Below are positions 23,401-38,400 of a DNA stretch of 64,000 nt, in pieces. The stretch's first letter is position 1, and each line of letters begins with the position of its first letter. This DNA is from Botryllus schlosseri. Its lineage: Eukaryota. Location of the stretch: the NCBI GenBank assembly GCA_051294905.1, contig CM119386.1, positions 15,252,001-15,316,000 on the forward strand, given 5' to 3'. The translations under genes were made by a program, and so were the position numbers. The notes under the pieces were generated by a model. That model had not been told where the DNA came from. It did no database searches and saw nothing but the letters and a program-made list of their open reading frames with translations.

Positions 23401-26400
23401 CTGATTCTAGCTACAACCCACGCTAACATGTCAGGGTATATAAGCGGATGGTTATGGCGACAGGTCCAAATGCTGAGTAACGAACTGTGAAATAACGATT
23501 GACGCCCGTTTCAAGTAGTTATATGAGAATAAGATATAGTGAACATGAAAATTCTGCCTTCAACTTAATACATAGGCTATACTGCGAGCTGCTGTTACGA
23601 GAAACGGCTAAGCACGGCTCGGTTATGATATATATCATCAGCTGTTTATTTGTAATGCTTCGTTGTGGAAACTGCAATGTTGTATTCGACGAGTACAAAA
23701 TTCCGAATCTTCGTCAGGTGCACGTGCGTACGTAGGCCTCCTGCTCGCCAAGCAGCAACGGTAAACTGCGTTTAGCTAAGCACAACCAAACATCAATACA
23801 TAAGTTACTATTTGAAACTATAGGCAGAGTGGTGATCAATATCCTGCTGCAAGGTAAGGGCTTCTGTAGTGTATTGATAACCTGATATACACCACTGGGG
23901 GTGTTCTTACAATCACACTACAATGTTCATCGCATGTCTGTTTACTATGTGTGGGTGGATACTTCTATGCAATGACGAGCGGAGCTAATACTTCTGACGT
24001 AACAATGAGTAGTGGCGTTTGAAAACAGACGTTTGTGCTATCGCTAACGTGGTATATTATCTCAGTCTTGTTCACGAATATTCAGTTTATGTCATAGTCC
24101 TTGTACAAACAAAAAGTAATCGTTCTTTCCCAAAAAATCGATTAGATATGGGAAGTAGTCGATTACGATTACGATTACTTCGGATTTTTTTCGAATGTAA
24201 TCGATTTCGATTACGATTACTTCAAAATGCTGTAATCGTCGTAATCGATTACGATTACTAATTGCGATTACCCCATGTCTGACATAAATCACAGATAGCC
24301 GTATTATCACGAAAACAATATCGCAAATTACTATTTTTTAATTGATTCAATTCGCCCATGTATGAAGTGGAATTTAATAGGGCAGTGCTTAAAATTGGGT
24401 TTTATTCCTCATTTTATTTCAGATTTATGAAATGGCTCTCATTTCTTGGCTGGAAAGTCTAGATTTGTGGCGAAGTGAAAACAAAGGCAGCGGACAAACC
24501 CAGACAGTTGCTCGAATTGCTCTGGTCATCGCGATGTCTCTTATAAACCAGAGAATTACCAGAAATGAACTAGTCCGTAGACTGTTTGTAATGCTTGACA
24601 TCAAGGACTGGAATCGAATGGCATGCATGGAATTTATTGAGGAAATCGACGGCATGAGGAAGTATTATGAAAGCTCTGGGTGTGTATTACGATATTAGAA
24701 ACTTACTAACAATTAAAGATTGTATACCGCATCCTTCATATTTTCTATCTCCGATCACGACGTTACGCCGATACCAGACAACATATATTATGATAATGAA
24801 GATATTGGTACCTGTCAAGCTATGTCTACTTTCAATTCAATAATCTCATCATTGAAATCATTGCTATTATTAGGTTTTTTGAATTGAAAGTGGAAGTTAA
24901 ACAAGGTGTGAGACTGTGAGAGCTACAAAAACTTATGTTGTTATGTTGTCAACATATTCCAATTATGTTCACACCTAAATCTCTATTTCTCAGATTCACT
25001 TTACCATCGTCTCATGAAGCCTTGCTGTGGATGTACAAACATATTTCCCGCTGTCCGGAAAACCTTGATTGGATCCTGACATTACCTTTATTCTGGCTGA
25101 TCTGGAACCGTAATCTGAAAGGAGAATGTACTGTGAAATCGGGTATGAGTAATAATCCCAATCAAGCCGGTTTACCTTGTATGGGAGTTATTGATTGGAT
25201 CGGAATTCGGCGGTCATTGATGACAACTACTGTCAGGTGGGTTAAGTGAAGTATTTGATACATGTAGTGCATTTTTTACCTTAAAAACCCTGATTTTTAC
25301 CATATGTATGTAAATTAGGTTTTTCCCACATAATGTTAGAATTGTACTACTTATCTTCATTTCTGGTTGGAAATGTCTGTCCTTACGAAGTAGTCTGACC
25401 TGAAAAAACTTATTTGACTTGAAAACTGACAAATTTTTACATTGAAAAACTATATTTTAATGAAATCTGGGCCTATGAAGAATTCCAGTAGCTACATCAC
25501 GCATTATGGTAGAAATATTTCAAATTTGTTGTAGTACAACGAAAGATACTTTCCTGCATTCTCGGGTAGAAAGTGTCTATCCTTACTTAGTAGCTGGCCA
25601 CGAATGGAGAAAGAACGTTCAACAGCAGCATTTGTTGGCTGGCAACACTGAAGTTGTGCGACATGCGTACACTGCTGGTGACACACCGTGTTGCTTCATG
25701 CTGACAATGTTGTCTACATCACCATTTTTTATCATGCGCTTCTTGATATAAGGACCAATTCCCACGCAGTCTTGCTTCAGTTAGGATATTGCAGTACGTT
25801 AGGCATAACACCATGTCAACCTATTTGTTTCATTTGGCCATTTGTAATTCACAATGAACAGATAATGGGCCATCTACAGCGGTAGACCTAAACAGTAGGC
25901 TAAAAGCTGTAAAATGTCAAATGATAAGTTCACCGACAATTTTTTGACCTAAGGCTACAATTTTGACAAAATTATGACTTATTTTGACATCTCAAAAAAA
26001 CGCCCTATATATAAGGTGTCCTTACAGTACTTATATCAAATTTCTCTCATTGTTAAACAGTATCTGTGCATTTGCTGTGGGTATATTCCCGTGGCTTGAA
26101 TTTTTTCAAACTTTCATTAGCACCGGGCGTAATGCTTCCTCGATGTTATTATACTATCACTTACCAGTACACCATTTTTCAGATCTCATTTTCTTCAAAT
26201 GATTCCAAGCGTTTTGAAGCTTTTTGAATTGCATCCATGGATCATTGGAACATTCCAGTTCCTAGTGAACACGAGAGAACTCATTCATTTGGTGCATGAG
26301 GAAAATAAAATTGTTGAATATTTTCGACTAGATACAGCCTTGCAGCAGTATCTGGAAGGAGTTTACCAGAAAAAGATCAAAATGGTACAGATTTCATTGT

Positions 26401-29400
26401 TTTATATTTACGTGAGAAATCTACTCTAAAACTCTGAAATTTGTCGATTGAGGTACTATAATTCTTTTTATGACCAATCTGTGACATTTTAATTTATGAT
26501 GTAGTAATGCTGATGTAGTAATTTATTATATTCTGGTTTCAGCAGGTTGAACTAGTTCATGCTGAAATGTTGAAGTTTTGAATTTTTAATCTACTCTACT
26601 CTTTATCTACAGAGCCCTGAAGAACTGGCATCCTTTGATAAATATTTTGCAAGATGCCTTGATGATTCAATTGGTGCCTGCGTTGACCCAATTCATGACT
26701 CGTGTACATCCCAGTGAGTATCTATAATTTCCTGTTTCATGTGCACTGTAGGACTACACTAATAAGGCAATGCTGATATAATGACTTCTTTTGAAGGAAC
26801 ATACCAATCTGTTCTTGGATTCTACGATTGTTAAACGTGGCTAATGCAATTGATCTGTGTACTACGTACTTACATCACAGTTCACTTAATTTGGGGGAAA
26901 TAAACTTGACAGATAGTCCATTGTAGATTGTTTTATTGGAATCTAAGTGGACCCCAGACATTGAAATATTTCTATGCCTATTACCACTCAGCACTTGCAC
27001 TGAATCTTCCCACTTTGTTGAATTAGCATTTCTCATCTATTTTCATCCCATATAGATGCTTGTCGTAATGCTGGCAAGTGGCAAAACTAGTTAATCATTT
27101 AATACTTAGTAGTTGCCGTTTACAATTAAGGAAAATGACAAAACGTTTTTGTAAAATCTCTATTACAGTGATCCTGGAAATGCTCAAGATGCAACAGTTT
27201 GTGTCAACTTACTCAGCATATCTGTGACGTATATGGACAAATATTTCGATCCTGAATCAGTGATTCGGTTTGTTGAAAATATTCTGCTGAAGGCCGTTCA
27301 CTGGGCATCGCTTTTGAAACTGGTAGGGTAGATGGTATTTTGTCTTCTGTTTGTAAGTGTTCGTAATTCTTTTAAAAAAAGATAGGGATATTGGCAAAAG
27401 CTCATTGTCAATCTTGTTTGATGTGTTCAAAATGCCTTTTCCATGAAACCGAAAACTAAAACAATCATATAGTGACTATGTGATATTCTGCACAGAACGA
27501 GGATGGATCAAAATCCATCTCTGTAGTGTCACGGAAAGTCTCAGATGCAGTTTGTAACATGATTCATCGAAGAAAGATGGATGGCAAAGAAGTCAAGGTA
27601 TGTCTCTTTGAATTTGGCGTTTATTAAAATACTTAAAAATTTCATTAGCATGTCAGCATCATCATATATTCCTATTTAACACGCTCTTCCATTTCTATTA
27701 CTATATTTTTAAACCAAATCCTTTTGTCTCCGTTCTCTTCTCATTGTCGAGATGAAAATATTTTGAGTAAATGCATGTATTTCCCTTTTCTTTCAGTTCT
27801 GGGACTGGGCAATGAGCATTGCTTGGAAGCTACCAGACTTTACAGAGCAGTGGAAAACTCGACTCGATCAAGAAATAAAGAACAAAATCCAAAATGTGAG
27901 GATGGAGCAATAATTTCCTCAGTTAATAAAATACGATCTTGAGCAATGATATATTTTTATGAATATTTGTTAGGAAGAAATGATCCTGTAGACCAGCGAT
28001 TTCGAACAATTTTTGACCTTATGGCAGTCTATCGAATAGTTGTGAAGGCAACCTGACCAAACTAGATCAATTTTATGAAGTTTCTGTGAGTCGAAGAACT
28101 ATATAAAATATTATAGATTGAGCTGCACAAATGTATGTTTACACAGTTTACGACACTACTTTATAGAAAATTATAACTAATCAAGTTTATTTAGAAGGCA
28201 TTTGTTAAAGTTGTGCTTGGGTGTATTGGCAACGTCCTTCAATATGCAGTCAGTAAAGCAACCCGCATTTTATCCTTGACTATACATGGTATAAGTAGTG
28301 TTTCTGTAGCGCTTATATGTAAAGTCATGAGGAGTAAATATTGTTTTATTCATTAGGAATGATGTTATACTTATCCACTGTCCTATTTTTCAGCAATGCA
28401 AACATGAATGGCAATTTTCTGAATTTCTCGACTTTTATGCTACAAAACTCACGGATCTGAAATTGGAAAGTGAAGTTCAGAAACATTTTGACAACAAAGC
28501 CTTTGAAGTTGCGGGAAAAAGTATGCAGCAGCCTAAGCAAGTAATTCACATTCTCCATATAGCTTACCTCGAATTGAGAGTCAATCTGTAGTTCAGGAAC
28601 ATTCAACTATAATTGAATTCTTTTGAGGTGGCAATGTTAAAGAGATGGTGGAAAAACATCACCGATCAATTTGTGGATAAGTCAGCACACCCTGTTGTCG
28701 TGATATTCCAGAAATTGTTCTTCCAAGCACAAGGCAAAGCACACCGGCAAAAATTCACACAACAGACCAATGCTCTCAATTTTGTTTGCAATTGGTCTTT
28801 TTCGGTGCAATTCTGTGAATTATTCGGTGAGTATGCATTTTTTTGCCAGCATGTTTTTAAACCCGTTATTGATTTGCTGATATGGCAGAAGTATCTGAAT
28901 GACTAGAAATGGTCGGCAATTGATCTAGCACCATTATTGTCTCACTCATTGATAGCCACTTGTGATACCATAAATCTAAAAACTCCTAGTCTTGGGAAGA
29001 GTATATTGAAGGATTTGCACCGTGCTAATTAATATTCATCCATAGCTTTGGATTCTCTCTACATCAGTGGTTCTCAACCTTTTTGACCTCGCGGCACATT
29101 TTGAAAACGAAAAATAGTTCGTGGCACACTAGCACAGTGGTTCTGAACTCTTTTGGCTTACGGCACAGGCAAACTACCAGAATGCGTATATCAGCAACCA
29201 TAGTCTTACAGAGGTGGTCACTGACAAAGTACTTCTACCTTTTCGGAGCACTCAAGTAGGCTTTTCTCTGCTTGAGTTTTCTTTTATCTCTGCGGACATC
29301 TCAGAAATATATCTACGAATGGTATCATTTGACATGGGAATCGTTTTCAATTCTTCCCAAACATTTCTTTACAATTTTATTGCAGGCCGGAAGAAGAACT

Positions 29401-32400
29401 TTCTCCGCTTCCGTGTGAGGTTTTGAATTATCTCCTATTACCTCTGATACCACATAACTGTCCTGCTGAGATCTCGTTTAAACTCCAGGCTGAGCATAAT
29501 TTCATAAGATTAGCTTGACAATAAAGTCTGCCCACTGACGCATTGTTGATGTAATTAACCGTCGCATCGACTAGTCCAATCAAGATCACCACTAACAAAT
29601 ACAGAGGCGTAGAGGTGTATTATACATGGATGCCAAACGCATTTCCACGCAGATCGTGTAATAGCACCTGTGAGGATAGTATACCTCAATAGTGTTACTG
29701 GCAGCCACCCGCAGTTCAATTGTATTTCTAACAAACCAGGATAATAAACCTCAGCGGCGGTGGAATTTGTAACTGATATAATTTGATTAACTTTACTTCG
29801 CAATTCTCGAATTTGTCGCCTGCAACATAATGTTCCGCCATGAGCCTACATTTTACCTGCAGTGTTGGCACGCTACCTAACAATCGCAATGTGAATGGCT
29901 ATGTTGGCAATTCTAATTTGTAAACGTGAACATCACTTCCAAATGAGTTCATTTCTCGATGGTGAGAATGCCTTCCTAGGTGTTGGTGGTTAATGTTGGC
30001 TCCTACTCATCCGCCGATCTGCAAAAGCAGTGTCTTTCAAAAAGCGGGCCGTGCTATATGTTGGCATCTCAGGAATCAAAATAAGTAATATCGGTATGGT
30101 GTAAAATGATCATCGATGACGAAGACAGAAAAAGGTCATCAACCTGCATCATGTCCCTGTTCTGACTCCGGTTCTGATGGGTGACAAATAAAATGTGAAC
30201 ACTTCGGCCACACCTCAATATCACGGTCCAATTGCCTAAGTTTAGTTATCACCGTCCTAAATGCCACTATGTTGTGGGCAAACTAGCATATCACACCCAT
30301 TGACGGTGGAGGCTCCAGTTTGATTTATGGCAGTGAAGTAACAAGTTACGAAGCGTCGCAGATTTATTAGATTCTCCGCCCCTGTACGTAGCTGTGCTCA
30401 GAGCGTCTTTACAATGAAAATCCCTGAGAAAGACCCAATCCATGACCTAACGGGGATGTCAGATTTAGATACTAGATCGAGATACCGTAACTACGGTCGC
30501 CTCGACATCCTTATATCTGTTCACTGCATCAGATTGTGCATCGCGTGTCTTGATCGGGTAAATGCAATAGAAAAACCAACAATGACACACTCAAAATTTG
30601 GATTTTTGTTATACTTCGACATAGTTTACCACATTTGCTCGCGGCACACCTGAGCAGTCCAATTGGCACACTAGTGTGCCGCGGCACACCGGTTGAGAAC
30701 CACTGCTCTACATCATCACTAACCAACTAATTCAAGTCTAGGATGTGCCAACTTAAGTATCATGAAAAATATTGCGCGATTTTTCATTGTCTTACAGATT
30801 GCCCTTTGTACTATGGTTATAATATACCGCATCACTTCCACTTGAGTCAAAACCATGTTAAGATCCACCAATTTCTGACGTTTGATTGATTTTTATCATC
30901 TTTACAGAGCGGTTTCGGAAATCTTTCTCGGAGGACGCTCTCAGAATAATCTCAGGTGTCTGGAAAGACTTTCAAGCCGTTGTGGATTTGTTCCGCACTG
31001 ACGGAATACTTGTGGACCAAATGAACATTATTGTTACTAATGAAGAGAGATTTTTCCTTCTATGTGGTGTTTTGGACTGTGCGAACAAGGTAACTAATAT
31101 CCATTGCACTGCATTTAAATTTGTCTGGGTAAGAAACTTTACATAGAAATAGAAATAACAAACTCCTACTGATGCAGTAGCAGTTTTTTCTGTGGTTTGT
31201 ATTGACTAATACCTTAAGTTGAAATACAAGTTGTTCATTGAATTCTTTAAATTCGATTTTACAGCACTGCACTCTTTGTTTCAATAAATGCTATGACAAT
31301 CGCTTTAGTCTTGGCTAAGCTGGTAACTTAAACATTAATTTGTTCTTGACTTCGCCATTTTTAGGAGAAATCAAGCTCATCCGTGGACAATCATGGTAAT
31401 CTGACTGAATCAGTGAGAATCATGAAGGAATGCCACAATGTCTTCAAACGAACAAAAGCTTGTGTGGAAGACTTTACGCACCTATGCAATTCCATAGAAT
31501 TTGGTAATATGTAGTTTCATAACTCGTCCAAGGGTGTTTTAAGACAAGCTTTTCTAATCCCGTTATTCGAAATTCTGCTTAGACGTTCTGTTCTGTATTA
31601 TTGCGCACTATGCAATTAAAAAGATTTTAGTTCTCTTTCTGTCTCAGATGAAGAATCTCCCCCACATGATGAGCTGGAAAAATTGTTGAAGGATCCAACA
31701 AACAAGAAAAAGGTCATTGATTTGGTGAATAAAGATGATCGACAAAGAAGCACTGATTATTTTGGAATCACTGAGGATCAACTCGAATCATTTAAAGAAA
31801 TCGCTTTTCTGAAGGTACTGTTCTGTCTTTTTGATAACTGTTGGAAGTCGAGGCCTAGTTTATGCCAGTGCACAACCTCTTGATAGCAAATTTGTTTACA
31901 AATGTAATTTCTCATGTATAAGGCTCGTGTTTTTACATTTTCCAGAAAGTGAGTGGTATACGTTAAATTCATCAAATATTTTTAAATTCTTAAATTCCAC
32001 GGTCAAAAACAAATTGTACAATATATGGAATCAACTGCGTATTTGAATAGATCACCTACCGCTAATCTCTGTACTTCACGGCATCAATTAATCACCATTT
32101 AATGATGCAAATATCCTTTGCTCTACAACTACATACACGGTTTGTGAAGTCTCCTTCAGTTATGCGAGTTTGAATTTGTTAGAATATAGAACCCGAAATT
32201 CTCTACGCTCTAGCACACAACATTGTTATTCGAAGATGAGTGTCTACTGTATGAATAGTATTTTCCTTTGATAATGGCTTAACGCATGTTCGGAAGTTCA
32301 TGTAAAAGAATTGCAAGTTACTGGAAAGTTGTTTACACCAATAAATATAAATTTACAAACTATGGTACAGGTAGCATGTTAATACATTTCTGACATAATC

Positions 32401-35400
32401 AGCAAATGAAACGCCATGTAGTACGTTTCCATCACGGAGTTTAATCGCTGTATTCCAGGACAGCAAAAAGTTGATACAGTCCATGTTCCTAAAGTCAGTA
32501 AAGGAAGCTCAGAGTCCACTGAATAGGAATATGCATTGGACGGATTTATTACAAGCCTGGGAAATAACGAGGGATGAAGCTGTGAATTTGGCCAAGGACG
32601 TTGAAGCAGGTATTGCAGTTTCTGCCGTGAAATGTTGCCACTGTCTCTTGATCACTAGCTTTAGGAAAACTGATTTTTTTTCATCATTTCTGACAGGTAC
32701 CATGACATTGACCAATGTGAGTCAAAAATTTCAAGCAATCGATGGCAGTAAGGATGGAATTGAACTGGAAGTGAATTTGATCTACGACTTCGCTGAAAAA
32801 TTTTCTGGTGAGAAACTTTGCTTGACGAACAATAGCAACCAAGACGCATTGATGTTACTCTAATCTAGAATCATTTCGATGACGATTTGTAGCGAAGCTA
32901 TTGTTCATAAATACATTCGAATTTTCAGACGGCCCACCTCTGGAGAATCGTGAAACCCGGCAATTGCAAATATTTAACACTTTCAAACTCAACCAGGCAA
33001 ATCGAGCTATCACTGTCCTGTTGCAGATCAGGGACCTTTTGCAACTCGAAGGAAATTTTGATAGCATTGTTGAGCGCAAGGTGGGATCTGACTTTTTGAT
33101 TGATTCAATTCTACTAGTGTGCCATGTCGAAAGGCACTTCTTCAAATTTTATTTTCGAATTTTGATAATGCCTTGTCCCCTGTTTGTCTTGAATATTAGA
33201 AATTTAGGCTTTGGACATGGGTTGGGCATGTGTTATGTGCTATAATTGTAGTATCATATGTGTTTTTCTGTATTATTGATTTATTTATTCTGCTAACTTT
33301 TGATTTTTAGTATCTTTTTCATTGTCTTATATCTTTTCAATCAGAATATGATTGAAAATCAAGATGATGTCCAGCTGTACGATGTGCCCGAAACTCTGAC
33401 TATCATGGAACTCTCAGAGATTACAGACGAAAAGCTTGTCATTTTGGAGAAGTTCATCAAAGGAGAGAAAGTAATTGCTTGGCTTCAAGGAAAAATGAAA
33501 GGTAGCCTATAGCCTAACACACATGTATTTCAATCAAAGAGATTAGCTTGATTTCTTAGAGAGAGAAAGAGAGAGAGAGAGCGAGAGAGCTATTAATTCT
33601 GTCAACCATGAAGTACAGAAGGCAATAGTAATAACTATGCAAGTCATGAAACAAGAATTTTTTATAATTGCCAAACTGACATTAGATGGTATTGACTGGT
33701 AGACCCGATACGACTGAAGTCTTCGAAGCGGTAGTCACTCTTACATATTTGGAAGTGATAATAATCAATTTCTTACCTCAATTAATTAGTAAAACATAAC
33801 GAGCAAAGAAACAAATGCAAAAAATGTGTAATTATAACAGAGCACTATAAGGAAGGAAACGGCTTCTGTTGTAGACAGTGTGATCTTGTGTGCAACAGAC
33901 AAAAGCGATTTCACCAAAGTACACAATGGTGATATTGTTGTAATATATGAACCAAAACAATATCTCCATTTACTCCAAATATATCACATTTGAACTAATT
34001 TTTATCAGTGATCTTGACCACTATATTTCTGAACTCTAACTTAACCTGCAAAAGTACGCTGCAACTATTCTAACAGACTTATGTAACCTGGTCTTTATTT
34101 GATTTTTAGGGATCCACGGAGTTCAAGTATTGTGTGATCTGGCTATGATATCAGCCGGAGGCGATGCTATCGAAATCGGGCGAGTGTCTTGTTTCCTTAG
34201 TGCCGTCATGGGTTTTGCTCCCCTCATATTTTGGGGGCAGAAGAACGCTGAAATTACAGAGAGAAAGCAGGAACATGATGACCCGCAAATTTCTAACGAC
34301 GACGACGACTATGTTGAGGATAATCAACAGGATGAACTTGATCTTCGCTACAAAGACGACGTAAATGTGTGCACGGAAGATGCCGGGTTGACGGATTTAC
34401 TTACGAGATGTAATAAGGTGTGGGAAAAGGCCAAGGATAGCAAAACCCTGCTTCAGCATTGGGTGAGAATTTTATGTACTTTCATTGTTACCGTCACGTT
34501 CTATTATTCCATAGGAGTATTCTTGATGTTCTGAAATTGCTACCATATTAGTGACATTGCATGATATGTGTTCCTTGCTTCAAACAGTAATTATTTGCGC
34601 TATCAGTTGACACTTGTGCGGAATTTCTCAATATTAAATGTAGCACAGTCATGTTAGCTTTTGCCGTAAGGAACACTTATGTCACAAGACATGCTATAGC
34701 CTACAGTTACTTGACATACTGTTTGTATCAGAATTTATTAGGAAATCCTAAAGCAAAGCTATCCATTCTAAAATCAACCATGACTATGTCTTGGTTAATG
34801 GGGTAGCCAAAATTTTCTGCGATTTCAAAGACATGGACTCTACCTGATATATTGGTTAGTCCGGATCATTCTCTGTAATGTTGGGTTGGGTTGGGTAACA
34901 TGAGTCCAGTTAAAGCCATTGCATTACTAACTCTTCGAGCATGAATTCCAGGATGAAACTGTTCGGCATTTGAGCTGGTTCGAAGATGTTGAGAAATTTT
35001 ACGGATCAGTCGAGAAATCCTCTTTGACTCAAGCACAAGCGATCAACGATCAAGGAGTTTATGTTATCAAAAGATGGTCAACCGACTCGAAAATATCTGT
35101 GCAAAATTCCATTCGCTTGCAAATCGCCAGTTTGGACGAGCAAGGTACTAACAATGTTCTTTGCATTCAGTACTTATTGATGCATATTATTATAAGAAAT
35201 GAGCCTGTAGAGTCATGAAATGAATTGAGTCTAGTTTGATCTACTCAAGAGCGGTATTGGGACCTTTGAGATGTAAGCCATTTTGAGGCCTGCCAGTTTT
35301 GACTATATAAATAAGTCAAGTAATCTCAAAATTTTCCGCAGGAACTCACGTAAATCATCCAAATGACTCTTGTCAAGTCAAGTCATCAAATATTTTCACT

Positions 35401-38400
35401 TTGTGTCGTATATTTTAATGTACAGATGCGTGCGCTGATCATATACAACATATACGTTACAGGCACATCTCAAGTGTTGCATGTCGATGCACTGCAAGAA
35501 TTGCAATCCAAGCTTATGCTGATTGCCGGCGACGCTGAGAAGGTTCAACGCGACGTCAATCACTTTGTGAACGTCCTCACGTCAGTACAAAAGCTGGCGG
35601 AAGCTTTTGTGGAACTTGAAACTTCTGGATGCATGCTGTTCAGTGGATGGGAAGCTACCATTAAGTGAGATATTAAATGTTAGGGATGTGCATTCAGTGT
35701 GCATGCCTCTTCTTTACTTCGCCTAGGCCAAGGTGGGTGTCTGATCTTAAAGACTACTCCAAGTTGTTTCGACACCTTCCTATCTTTTCATTGTATCGCA
35801 GTTTTGTGGTGTGTTGAAATGATTAAAATATTAATAAAACTGACTGACTGTAATATCAAAATATGTCCTAAAATATCATTGAAAGTACCTATGAAAAGCC
35901 AACGATCATATAATATAAATTATTATATTCATATTGAAATGAAGCCATCAGCAACTACTAAAGAATAAGAAAGATCATTGTATATAAACAATGATTTCGC
36001 CATATATGATGCCACGGCATGAAATTTCGAAAAATGCAGGTGGAGAAGTCACTTGAGCTCATTGTGCTATTTATGATGGTACACGAAGTCCTTCTATTTG
36101 CAAAAACTAGATTGGCATATTTTGATGAAAGTCTATCCAAGGCTCACAAATGAATATGTGAATTGTGTGAAAATGTGAAGTGAAAGTGTGTATTGAAGTT
36201 CCGTACCTCCATGGAGCTCCAGAAGTATGTCTTGAACATTTTGTCTTCTATTAGAATCTTTAGATTGGTGCACTTTGCTTGTTTTTGTATTTGTATGAAA
36301 TTTTTACAGCTGCAATAGCGGCAGAGATCTCATCATCCAAATCAGCTTTACTTCCGGTGATCAATTGGTGGGCAATGGAGGTTGTTACCTTCAACTGGAT
36401 GATATTACTCGCATCATGAAAGAGACTCATAAACGGTGAGTCGTAGAGGGAGTATGATGTCATTAGTAGGAAAAAATCATGATAATTTGGCAAAATACAT
36501 TTCCATTCATGTACTGGAATTTCGAGATGTAGGCCTATATATTGACTACGTTATTCAAGTACTAATTATGCATATCTTTCAGTTGGCAAGAGTACATCTC
36601 ATCCAAACGAATGGAATTCTATCAGCTGAATGAATTTAACATCAATCAAATCATGTATCTGTGTAGAAAATTGTCATCATTAGACGAGATGAAGGCTGTG
36701 CCGGATCAGGTAAAGTTAATCTCAAAATTGTGCTGAATATGTTGTTACAAAATGCATTTCCTAATAATTTTACTAGCTCTCTTTTATTTGTGTCTAGTCA
36801 GGGAAGCATTACAGGTTTGAGTGATGATCCTTTTGGCAATTTTATGATGTATCATAATTTTTCGCCAAAACTGATTGGTTGGTTTTAAATTTCTGACACT
36901 GATTCAGGTTCGGACGTTACTGAGTGCTGTGTGTCCGGATTTGAGAGACTTGGAACTGAAAAATTGTGTCGTGAATATTCTGTCAGACCAGAATCAGGAG
37001 ACAGATGTTGTAGAAAATGAATTTGAAGGTAAGTATTTTTTACAACATGTATTATTATCATTCCTCTTACCTGTAAGCTTACAGTTTCGTACGGTATCCA
37101 ACTTTTGCTGACACCATTCGCAATCTTGTATATTCGCGTCTTTGAAATGGAGTACCGTAATTTTCCATGTATAATCCGCAAAATTTTCACGATTTTTTGC
37201 CCTAAAATCAGGGGTTGCGTATTATACATGGGAACAACACGCTTGAAAAAATCTCCCTCGATAAAAAACTTGAAATCACTCCTTTCTTCATGTTTGTTTC
37301 CGATCGCGCATCACTTTCAGCCATCGTGCCCAGTAATTCGTATTATTAGTGTAACGGAGCTACCAATTAGCAAAAAGTGTGTTGCCAATTCTTCACAGCA
37401 CGCAGTCTCCTGCTGAGTTGGTTTGCCGTTTGCACACGAGCGAAATTAGGTCATTCATTGATTGATAGCTGAACGCGCGCGCGGCAATCCTCGCTAATTC
37501 ATCGACAGGCCATGTGCACAAAATATAATCGCTTGCATAATCAGTCGCACCTCCAACAGGCGTGGTGTGCACGACATAACCGTTGGCCTGAGCAATTGCA
37601 TCTGACCTCGTGCGCAAGATGTCGCGTCGCCGGCCTCGCAGGCTTTGGCTGCTATCTACTATCGTATAGAGGCAATACTGTTACTTGTATAATGATAAGC
37701 AATCGCATCTGTAATAGGCCTCGTGCGCAAGACGTCGTGTCGCTGGCCTGAACTATCGCGTCGCCAGCCTCGCAGGCTTTGTCTGCTCTGTACTATCGTT
37801 TAGAGACAATGCCGGTAATTGCATAATGATTAGCCATGGTTGGTTATGTCATGATAGTTCGACAGTGACATCGCAAAACAGAACAGCATCGCGTACTAAA
37901 ACACAGCTATTCAGTGTTCATGTACTGTGAATGCAGGGTGCGTACTATACATGGGTACAGGCTTTTCCCCAGAATTTGCATGCCATTTTAAGGGTGCGTA
38001 TTATACATGGGGGCAAACTATACTTGGAAAATGATGGTATTTAATTATTGGTATAAAATACCAAGTTTTGGGCAGGGTATTTGATAGTGGTAACTTGTTC
38101 GCTTATTTTTCTAGAAAATGTGTCATCAGACGATGAGGCGCCGGAAGATGAGGAAGGTAATTCTTTAATTGTAACAAGTTGGCTGTTATAAGTAGATTTT
38201 CAGACGGACCTGAAATGGAAATGTACATTATGCACACATGCATATTACTTTTCCATTGTATTGAAAATATTGTAAGTAGTCTAATCACTTGATGAAGTAG
38301 CATAAATAGTTGAAACCTGCTGTAGTAGGCCCATCGTTACTGAGCACCTATGTCTTCATGTCATCATGTAGCAAAAGTCTCAAGACTGAAGATGAAAGCC

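Larger units (their letters stand above)
20910..24281. mobile_element. Non-autonomous hAT-type element (3,372 bp), intronic, with a nested MITE and rDNA fragments
   Basis: TIR CAGACATGGGGT...ACCCCATGTCTG. Perfect TSD ACATAAAT (20902-20909, 24282-24289). GATTAC/GTAATC subterminal arrays at both ends. Confidence 0.9.

Noticed and set aside
20931-24270. GATTAC and GACTTGACT arrays resembling CRISPR or iteron repeats
   Set aside because: Units are 5-10 bp with no unique spacers and lie just inside hAT TIRs, i.e. transposase-binding subterminal repeats in a eukaryotic intron.
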